A DNA stretch of 64,000 bases from Candidatus Yonathbacteria bacterium RIFCSPHIGHO2_02_FULL_44_14 (lineage in GTDB: Bacteria; Patescibacteriota; Minisyncoccia; Phycocordibacterales; UBA1550). Location: the NCBI GenBank assembly GCA_001823535.1, contig MHUT01000006.1, forward strand, positions 27,631 to 91,630. Reading direction: 5' to 3'. Shown here piece after piece: positions 26,553-34,000 of the stretch. A model generated the notes under the pieces. That model had not been told where the DNA came from. It worked only from the letters and a program-made list of their open reading frames with translations, and did no database searches. Position 1 is the stretch's first letter. Each line of letters begins with the position of its first letter. Position numbers and translations under genes: made by a program.

Positions 26553-27974
26553 ATGACCCGTATGACAAGCAAACAGCAGACACCTGACCGACAATTTAAA
26601 TCGCGCGAGCTTCGCATCCCTCCCCAGAATATTGAAACCGAAAAGGCTCTTTTGGGTGCGCTGATGCTTCGCCCTGAGGGTATGTACGACGTGGGCGATA
26701 TGCTGACTCGCGATTCCTTCTATGTAGACAAGCACCGCATGCTTTTTGATGCGATGATCGAGCTCCACACGCGCCATGAGCCTATCGACCTCCTCTCTGT
26801 GTCCACGCGCCTCAAGGAGCGAGGCAAGTTTGACAGCATTGGCGGTGGCAGTTATTTGGCAGAGCTTGTCGACGCTGTCCCGTCTTCTACAAATGCAAAG
26901 CACTATGCTGAAATAATACAGCGAAAATATATTTTGCGTGCGCTCATAGAAGCCGCGGCTCACATCTCGGAGCTTGGCTACAACGAAGCCGAGGCAATAG
27001 AGAGTGTGCTCGACGAAGCAGAAAAGAAAATATATTCGATTACAAACTCAAGTGTCACCAAAAAGTTTGTCAGCCTAAAAGACACTCTTGACGAGGCATG
27101 GGAGCGCCTCGACAAAATGCACAAAGATGGCGGTGAGCTCCGCGGTGTTCCATCTGGTTTCCCCGCGCTCGACACACTCCTTTCTGGTTTTCAAAAATCC
27201 GACCTCATTATTCTCGCGGCACGTCCTTCGATGGGTAAGACGACGCTCGCACTCGACATCGCACGCCAAGCTGCAATTCACCACAATGTACCCGTAGGTA
27301 TCTTCTCCCTCGAAATGAACACGCAACAGCTTGTAGACCGTATGCTTTCCGCAGAGGCGCGTGTGAACGCATGGAAGCTCCGCACAGGGAAGCTCTCACT
27401 TGATGAAGACTTCGATAAGCTTCGCGGTTCGCTTGAAAAACTCTCCAAAGCACCAATCTTTATCGACGACCAGTCGGGCAATACTATTATGAAAATGCGT
27501 TCTGCTGCGCGAAAGCTCAAAAGCGAGCACGGACTCGGACTCATTATCGTTGACTATCTTCAACTCATGAACACATCGAAGCACTACGATTCTATGGTAA
27601 ACCAGGTGACCGAAATTTCACACTCACTCAAGGCTCTCGCAAAGGATCTTGACGTGCCAGTCATCGCCCTATCACAGCTTTCTCGTGCTCTAGAGTCTCG
27701 CGGTGGCAAACCAAAGCTCTCCGACCTCCGTGACTCGGGTTCCATCGAGCAAGACGCTGATATCGTTATGTTTATTCACAGAGAAGACAAGATGGACAAA
27801 AACGCAGAGAAGACAAACATTGCAGAAATCATTGTCGAGAAGCACCGAAACGGTCCTGTTGGCTCCATTCAGCTTTACTTTGATGAGGAGAAGTCCACGT
27901 TTATGTCAATCGACAAACAGCATGATTATGGAGCTAGTTCGCGCAACGCTGGAGGAAACTTTGAGGATTTTTAA
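26553..27974 (+). CDS. dnaB: Replicative DNA helicase, no intein
   Basis: GFPALDTLLSGFQKSDLIILAARPSMGKTTLAL Walker A; RecA-fold motifs H2-H4. 473 aa. Confidence 0.9.
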   Translation: MTRMTSKQQTPDRQFKSRELRIPPQNIETEKALLGALMLRPEGMYDVGDMLTRDSFYVDKHRMLFDAMIELHTRHEPIDLLSVSTRLKERGKFDSIGGGSYLAELVDAVPSSTNAKHYAEIIQRKYILRALIEAAAHISELGYNEAEAIESVLDEAEKKIYSITNSSVTKKFVSLKDTLDEAWERLDKMHKDGGELRGVPSGFPALDTLLSGFQKSDLIILAARPSMGKTTLALDIARQAAIHHNVPVGIFSLEMNTQQLVDRMLSAEARVNAWKLRTGKLSLDEDFDKLRGSLEKLSKAPIFIDDQSGNTIMKMRSAARKLKSEHGLGLIIVDYLQLMNTSKHYDSMVNQVTEISHSLKALAKDLDVPVIALSQLSRALESRGGKPKLSDLRDSGSIEQDADIVMFIHREDKMDKNAEKTNIAEIIVEKHRNGPVGSIQLYFDEEKSTFMSIDKQHDYGASSRNAGGNFEDF

Positions 27975-27987
27975 TTAAAGAAAGGAC

Positions 27988-28599
27988 ATGAGCAATATTG
28001 ATTCACTCGCGCAAGCATTTATGAAGTTCCCCGGCATTGGAACGCGCCAAGCAAAGCGTTTTGTGTATTTTTTGCTTGCTCAGGATCCACATTACGTAGA
28101 AACACTTGCGCGTGAAATTTCTGCGCTGAAAACAACAATCACTCAATGTGCTAGCTGTTTCCGTTTTTACCCGCGTATGGGTACAGGTACGATTTGTAAC
28201 GTGTGCATCGACGATGCAGACAGCAGCACGCTTATGGTAGTGGAAAAGGATACCGACTTTGAAAGCGTGCGTCGTAGCGGAAGCTATGCGGGGAGGTACT
28301 TTATTCTCGGTGGCACTATCCCCGTCCTCGAAAAAGACCCTGCGTCAAAAATTCGCACCCGAGAGCTCCTTGAGCGTATTGAGGGAGCCTCTGCAGACGG
28401 TCTTACGGAAATAATCCTCGCGCTTTCTGCAAACCCCGAGGGAGACTTCACCCGCGACTATGTACTCAAGGTGCTCTCCCCACTTACCTCTCAACTTGGC
28501 GTCAATATCACCACTCTTGGTCGCGGTCTCTCCACCGGCACTGAGCTTGAATACTCCGACGGCGATACCCTGCGCCACGCACTTAAGAATCGAGGTTGA
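27988..28599 (+). CDS. recR: Recombination protein RecR
   Basis: HhH N-terminus, C4 zinc finger CASC...CNVC, Toprim domain. Confidence 0.9.
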   Translation: MSNIDSLAQAFMKFPGIGTRQAKRFVYFLLAQDPHYVETLAREISALKTTITQCASCFRFYPRMGTGTICNVCIDDADSSTLMVVEKDTDFESVRRSGSYAGRYFILGGTIPVLEKDPASKIRTRELLERIEGASADGLTEIILALSANPEGDFTRDYVLKVLSPLTSQLGVNITTLGRGLSTGTELEYSDGDTLRHALKNRG

Positions 28600-28666
28600 T
28601 TTCCTCTCCCGTTATGATAGTCTGTCTATAGAAAGTTTTTGTATTTAAACTAAAGAAAAGGAGACA

Positions 28667-28924
28667 GTGATGGCACAAACATTAGCTGAATACAGAGCAA
28701 ACCCACCCACTCACATTGTTGAACTTTGCGGATGCGGATGTGGAAAACCCCTGGAGAAAAATGATCCTGGTGGATATAGCTACATGGTTGTTGATAGCAA
28801 AAAAGTCCTCGTTAATAACGATTGCTATTGGGATTCATTTAGCGATGATTTCGATGAAGTATGTGGTGGTTGTGTTGGTGGACTCGGAATTCACGGCCCG
28901 AAAAATAAATGTCCGCTTGATTAA
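28667..28924 (+). CDS. Small cysteine-rich protein (85 aa, about 9 Cys including CGCGCG)
   Basis: Strong AAGGAGA RBS and its own terminator. No family recognised. Confidence 0.5.
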   Translation: MMAQTLAEYRANPPTHIVELCGCGCGKPLEKNDPGGYSYMVVDSKKVLVNNDCYWDSFSDDFDEVCGGCVGGLGIHGPKNKCPLD

Positions 28925-28940
28925 AAATCAAGCAATAAAA

Positions 28941-28970
28941 AAACCGGCATCACTGCCGGCTTTCTTTTGA
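28941..28970. terminator. Bidirectional intrinsic terminator between the Cys-rich ORF and rplU
   Basis: ccggca-tcac-tgccgg followed by ctttcttttg, with an A-run on the other side. Confidence 0.6.
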
Positions 28971-28979
28971 GCTTCTAAC

Positions 28980-29297
28980 TTATTTAATCGCGTCGATAGT
29001 TACTTTCATAAAAGGCTGGCGGTGGCCGTTCTTCTTGAAGTAGCGAGATTTGTTGCGGTAGCGAATAACGATAACCTTCTTCCCGCGACCTTCCTCTGCG
29101 AGTGTTGCATGAACTGATGCCCCTACAACTACTGGGGTCCCTACGAGGGTCTTTGAACCGTCGTTTACAAGGAGAACCTGATCAAAGACAATCTTGTCTC
29201 CAACCTTGGGCTCGCCGGGAAGCTTCTCAATAACGAGAGTTTCGCCGGGAGCGACCTTGTATTGCTTGCCACCTGTCTGTATTACTGCAAAATTCAT
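28980..29297 (-). CDS. rplU: 50S ribosomal protein L21
   Basis: MNFAVIQTGGKQYKV...GHRQPF; 105 aa. Confidence 0.9.
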   Translation of the reverse strand: MNFAVIQTGGKQYKVAPGETLVIEKLPGEPKVGDKIVFDQVLLVNDGSKTLVGTPVVVGASVHATLAEEGRGKKVIVIRYRNKSRYFKKNGHRQPFMKVTIDAIK

Positions 29298-29778
29298 AGT
29301 CTTCGTATTCTACACGAAATAAAAGAAAATGCAAGGGTATGCGTGTTTTTTCGTCGCTTGTATATGACCGCCCTATGCAAGCGCCGAACGCTTGACAAAA
29401 TCAGGGTTCCTTGTTACTTTTGATTTGGGGCTCTTTGCAACCTTCGTTTTGCCAGCAATTGGCAATTGGTCTACGGCCAAGCCGGCGAATCAGCTGATTC
29501 GCCTGTGGATGAAGGTACGCATGGAGGTCCTATCTCGTGACACCTCGTTTGCGAGGCACGGTGTATCCCCCCTCTTGCAACCGAGGGTGTTATGAGATGT
29601 TGTACCTTTGGTCCCACTTTTACCACTATAAAAGACATGACCGCCCCGGAGCGTTATTCCCCTTTCGCCCCGGGTTTTTTTATTAGCGACGTAGACGAAT
29701 CAGCAGATTCGCGTCTTGGACGAAGACTTTAATGAAAAGTACCCTTTTCATTTGTGAGCCGAAGAGTTAATACCGCTT

Positions 29779-30894
29779 TTATTCCTCAATCAAAGGTTTT
29801 TCGATAAGAAGCGGATCGATGCTTGCAGTTTCGCCAGTAATCTTCACCATATCCTTGTCTACTTTTTTGAGCTCTTTGTATGCGGTATTGTAGTGGTTCA
29901 CGGTGGTGCCGAGCGCATTACCGATTTTTTTCATATATTCCTCGTAGGCAACCAAATGCTTCCTGAGCTCCTCAACTCGTCCAATAATGAGCTGTGCAGA
30001 CTCCTCGATTTTGAATGCGCGGAAACCGTACAGTACTGACTGCAGATATGCCGCAAAGGTCGTTGGCGAGACGATGATTACCTTCTTTTCGTTTGTTGCA
30101 TAGTCAATAAGGCTTCGTGTGTTAACCTTGACTGAGCCAACTTCGTTGATAAGAAGGTCGTAATAAATCCCCTCGGCAGGAATGAACATGAACGCAAATG
30201 GGAGTGTTCCCTCTGCAGGGCGCACATATTTTGCTGTTTCGTCTATTCGTTTCTTGAGGTCATTGCGAAAATCTTTTTCAAGCTCCTCTTTTCGGGCAGG
30301 ATCTGCTTCATTTACCACACGATTATAGTTGTCGAGCGAAAATTTTGCGTCAACCGGAATCATGCCATCTTTGGTAATGATGACGGCATCAACCGTTTCT
30401 CCGCTTTTGAATTGATGCTGAAGTTTGTACGCCGTGGGTGGCAAAATATTTGAAAGAATGAGTTCGAGCGCTGCTTCTCCCAGGTTCCCTCTTTGTTTCT
30501 GATGAGTGAGAACTTTTTCAAGGTTTTTGAGCTGGTCTGTGATGCCGAGAACCTGCTTGCTTGTCTCGTTTGCAGAGGTCATTTCCCTTGCCACATTTGT
30601 GAGGTTTCTCGATACTTGTTCGTTGATTTCGCGAATGAGCTTCTGCGACTCATTAAACTGCATATGCACCGACTCCTGCATCTCTTTGTTTGATGAGCCA
30701 ACCTTGGCATCGACAGTTTTCATAAAATCACCGAGTTGAGCCTGAAAATTCCCCAACTGGTTTTGGATGAGGAGAAGTGCATCACCTTGAGGTTCAGATT
30801 GGGATCCCGCTTGTCTGCGCAAAAAAAACACGATTACCATTACGACAATTGCGCCGAGTACAAGACCAATGAGTATAAGTGCGAGTGATGACAT
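29779..30894 (-). CDS. rmuC: DNA recombination protein RmuC
   Basis: N-terminal TM, coiled coil, RGNLGEAALELIL, and the FAFMFIPAEGIYYDLL nuclease-like core. Confidence 0.85.
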   Translation of the reverse strand: MSSLALILIGLVLGAIVVMVIVFFLRRQAGSQSEPQGDALLLIQNQLGNFQAQLGDFMKTVDAKVGSSNKEMQESVHMQFNESQKLIREINEQVSRNLTNVAREMTSANETSKQVLGITDQLKNLEKVLTHQKQRGNLGEAALELILSNILPPTAYKLQHQFKSGETVDAVIITKDGMIPVDAKFSLDNYNRVVNEADPARKEELEKDFRNDLKKRIDETAKYVRPAEGTLPFAFMFIPAEGIYYDLLINEVGSVKVNTRSLIDYATNEKKVIIVSPTTFAAYLQSVLYGFRAFKIEESAQLIIGRVEELRKHLVAYEEYMKKIGNALGTTVNHYNTAYKELKKVDKDMVKITGETASIDPLLIEKPLIEE

Positions 30895-30895
30895 A

Positions 30896-31093
30896 TTAAA
30901 TTCCGTATGCGCTACCCAAAGTAGTCATCAGCGCGGGAATGGCAAACATTAGCCCAACGAGTGGAAGTACAAAAAGCGCAATGGTTGCATAAAAAGTCCA
31001 CAGAAAATATTTACGGGTTTTTTCTGATGAAATATACACTTTCTGCAAAAGCTCTTCCTGCACCTGAAGGCGGTTCAAAATTTCTTGTTCCAT
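30896..31093 (-). CDS. Hypothetical small membrane protein (65 aa)
   Basis: One TM helix; abuts rmuC. Confidence 0.35.
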   Translation of the reverse strand: MEQEILNRLQVQEELLQKVYISSEKTRKYFLWTFYATIALFVLPLVGLMFAIPALMTTLGSAYGI

Positions 31094-31154
31094 GCGGCAA
31101 GTATAACATAAAAAAACGGACTGCCAATTTCTGGCAGTCCGTGTTCAGGGCTTC

Positions 31155-31697
31155 TCAATCCTGTTTTTTCATTGCTTTTTTGTGGACATACATTGCTTTA
31201 TCAGCAGCAGCATACATCTGTTCAAAGCTTTGGTTCTCTTTTCCGAATGTTGCAACACCAATCGCGGCTCCCTTGAAAAAGGGTAGCAATGACTCCCCCT
31301 TTTTAAGTGTTTGAAGTAAGTGCTCCTTCACTGTGGTGGCACTTTTTTCATTTTGATCTGGAAGGAACACCATAAATTCATCACCCCCAGTTCGCGCAAG
31401 AATGTCGCAGTCTCGGAAAGTGCTTCTTAAAAACATAGCGAACGATCTAATCATTTGATCTCCAGCTTGATGACCATATGTGTCGTTGACTGTCTTCAGA
31501 TAGTTTAGGTCAATGATTAGGATTGAAAAAGGCCTCTTGGTACGTTTGGATCGAAGGATTTCTTCTTCGACCGCCACTTGAAAAACCTTTCTTCGTGGCA
31601 GGCCTGTTAGATCGTCCAAAGTGAGTTCTCTTAGTTCCTTTACCTCCCTTTTCAATACTTCAATTTCTTGCTCCGCTTCCTTCAAAGTGCGTGCCAT
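31155..31697 (-). CDS. GGDEF-domain diguanylate cyclase with short N-terminal coiled coil
   Basis: LTGLPRRKVF..., RTGGDEFMVFL (GGDEF) and the inhibitory-site-like RxxD region. Confidence 0.8.
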   Translation of the reverse strand: MARTLKEAEQEIEVLKREVKELRELTLDDLTGLPRRKVFQVAVEEEILRSKRTKRPFSILIIDLNYLKTVNDTYGHQAGDQMIRSFAMFLRSTFRDCDILARTGGDEFMVFLPDQNEKSATTVKEHLLQTLKKGESLLPFFKGAAIGVATFGKENQSFEQMYAAADKAMYVHKKAMKKQD

Positions 31698-31827
31698 TGT
31701 GGCCTCCTAGAATTGTTGTGATGTGCTGTTTATAACTCAATCAATTATAGCAAGTTTACATACAAATGTCAATAGTAGCATAGTGTGTAAAAAGCCGTAT
31801 ACTGTAAGGATTAATTGGTAATAATTT

Positions 31828-32289
31828 TTGACTATGTCCTTACACGAACAAATAAAAGCAGAGGTAAAACCCGCCATGATGGCAAAAGATGCGGTGCGCC
31901 TCTCGGTGGTGCGCAATATGATTTCGGCTTTTACGAATGAGCTTGTGGCAACAGGTAAAACTCCGCAGGACATGCTCGACGATGCAGGTGTCCTGAAGGT
32001 TATCAAACGCCTCTCTAATCAACGCAAAGACTCTATAGAACAGTTTATAAACGGCGGTCGCCCTGAGCTTGCAGAGAGCGAACAAGCAGAACTTGTTATC
32101 CTCGAAAAGTACCTCCCTACCCTTATGTCTCGTGAGGAAATAAAAAAAATTGCGCTCGCAAAAAAAGAAGCTCTTGGTGTGACAGATAAATCAAAAGCAG
32201 GACAGCTTACCGGGGCTATTATGAAAGAGCTCACAGGCAAAGCGGATGGTGGGGATGTGAAGGCAGTGGTGGATGAATTGTTTACCTAA
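31828..32289 (+). CDS. GatB/YqeY domain protein
   Basis: Full-length similarity to the YqeY family (153 aa). Confidence 0.75.
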   Translation: MTMSLHEQIKAEVKPAMMAKDAVRLSVVRNMISAFTNELVATGKTPQDMLDDAGVLKVIKRLSNQRKDSIEQFINGGRPELAESEQAELVILEKYLPTLMSREEIKKIALAKKEALGVTDKSKAGQLTGAIMKELTGKADGGDVKAVVDELFT

Positions 32290-33508
32290 TCTTTCCCCGA
32301 AGTTGTCTGTGGAAACCTATCGCAAAACGGTGGGCTTCGCTGTTGGCGAGGAGAATTGAGCGTTCATGTGATTGTGCAAGTATTTTGTCCCCGAGGATAC
32401 TTTTTGGTTTATGACGTTCGTCTTTTACGACACCAACAACGGGAATCGCGAGACCCCACTCCTTGAGCGCTTTTTTCGCAGTGTTTACCTGCGCAGTGCC
32501 TCCATCAACAACAATAAGTTTCGGCATCGGCCATTCAGCGTGATTAAACCGTCGTTCAAGTATTTCACGGAGCGATGCATTGTCATCGTTTGTGCTCGTT
32601 TTAATCTTAAATTTTCTGTAATCACTTTTTTTCGGCTCGCTGTCTTCAAGGACGGTCATCACGCCAACGGTGTTTGTGCCGGAAATATGTGCAACATCAT
32701 AGGCTTCAATTCGAAACCCTGCTTCCCCTAGGACCATCCTAGGGGAAGCTTTTAGGAGAGCGACGTCCTGGATATGATTGAGAGCAAAAATTGTCCGCTT
32801 TATTTGTCCTGCCTCTTCAAATTTAAGATTGTTTGCAGATACTTTCATTTCACGGAGAAGTCCGCTCACGAGAGTTTTCTTCTTTCCTTCAAAAAATAGC
32901 TTAGTACGACGAATTGTTTTTGCATACTCTGTTTTTGATACTAATCCCGCGCACACCCCTGGGCAGAGACCAATCTGCGCATTGAAACAAGGTTTGCCTT
33001 GACCAACCTTACACTTGTCTCTAAATGGAAAAATCTTGCGGACAATATTGAGCGCCTCGCGCAAAACACCACCTTGAGGAAAAGGTCCAAACAAATATTT
33101 AACTTCGCTTTTTAGTCCAAGTCCAAGACGAGAATTTGCTAATTCATCCATTTCGCGCCCGCGCATTGTTGTCACTCTTGGAAAATCTTCTTTTGTTATA
33201 ACAACGTAGTTAAAACTTTTATTGTCTTTTTCTTTCGTATTGTAGGGCGGTTGGTGTTTCTTGATTAGTTGGGCTTCAAGAATGAGCGCCTCAAGAACAG
33301 AATCAGTTTCGATAAAGTCTACGTTCTTTGCCGCTTCAATCATTCCAGCAATAATAGGTCCGCGGGTAGAAATGAGGTCCCGGCGAAAATAGCTCGCTAC
33401 TCGTGTGTGGAGCGAAGTTGCCTTGCCGATGTACAATATCACGCGCTTTGGTCCACGAAATATATAGACGCCGGGGTTGTCTGGAAGTTTTGTTGTTAAT
33501 TTTTGCAT
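32282..33508 (-). CDS. uvrC: Excinuclease ABC subunit C, short form lacking the C-terminal (HhH)2 domain
   Basis: GIY-YIG (GVYIFRG...YIGKA), Cys motif KPCFNAQIGLCPGVCAG, UVR-like helix, RNase-H-like endonuclease IEAYDVAHISG. Only 408 aa. Confidence 0.8.
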   Translation of the reverse strand: MQKLTTKLPDNPGVYIFRGPKRVILYIGKATSLHTRVASYFRRDLISTRGPIIAGMIEAAKNVDFIETDSVLEALILEAQLIKKHQPPYNTKEKDNKSFNYVVITKEDFPRVTTMRGREMDELANSRLGLGLKSEVKYLFGPFPQGGVLREALNIVRKIFPFRDKCKVGQGKPCFNAQIGLCPGVCAGLVSKTEYAKTIRRTKLFFEGKKKTLVSGLLREMKVSANNLKFEEAGQIKRTIFALNHIQDVALLKASPRMVLGEAGFRIEAYDVAHISGTNTVGVMTVLEDSEPKKSDYRKFKIKTSTNDDNASLREILERRFNHAEWPMPKLIVVDGGTAQVNTAKKALKEWGLAIPVVGVVKDERHKPKSILGDKILAQSHERSILLANSEAHRFAIGFHRQLRGKIR

Positions 33509-33577
33509 ACTTTACATTATGTTTATTAAAGCGTAGCATAAATGGAGATTAACCGTTCCATGTACGAAGGAGTGATC

Positions 33578-33958
33578 ATGAAGAAAAAAAATCATGAAGT
33601 GCCAGTTCTAGCCAAAGTACTATTCCCCGAAACCTATGAAGATGCTGAGAATGCTTTGCTGAGATACATGCCATTCCTAAAAATGCCTGAAATGCGCCAT
33701 CTCCTTGCGATAAAAGCCTCGTTTCTTACAACGCTTGCCATTGGGATGTCAAATGAGCGTGATTGGGACCTAAAAGAAGAGCGCGGTGAAGACGTAAAAA
33801 TGTGCATTTTCCTGTCAAAAGAGACACTACCCGCATCTGAAATGGAAGCGGACGAAGAAGTGAGGAGATGCGCCAATTATGCTTATGTTTCAAAAATGGT
33901 CTCTGGTTATGTAAACGCATTTAGGCTACCTACAAAAAAACTTCCACACAATAAGTAA
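33578..33958 (+). CDS. Hypothetical protein. Start at ATG 33578, preceded by an AAGGAG RBS.
   Basis: Strong SD 7 nt upstream. No homology recognised. Confidence 0.45.
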   Translation: MKKKNHEVPVLAKVLFPETYEDAENALLRYMPFLKMPEMRHLLAIKASFLTTLAIGMSNERDWDLKEERGEDVKMCIFLSKETLPASEMEADEEVRRCANYAYVSKMVSGYVNAFRLPTKKLPHNK

Positions 33959-34000
33959 CAGTAAGTTAAATTAAATTGAATAGCTACGGGTTTCCCGCGG

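Noticed and set aside
29298-29778. tmRNA, RNase P RNA or SRP RNA in the long non-coding region
   Set aside because: It has no T-loop GGTTCGA(A/T)TCC, no tmRNA 3' acceptor or tag reading frame, no RNase P P4 consensus and no SRP domain IV motif on either strand. The GGGGCT at 29425 did not extend into a tmRNA-like 5' end.
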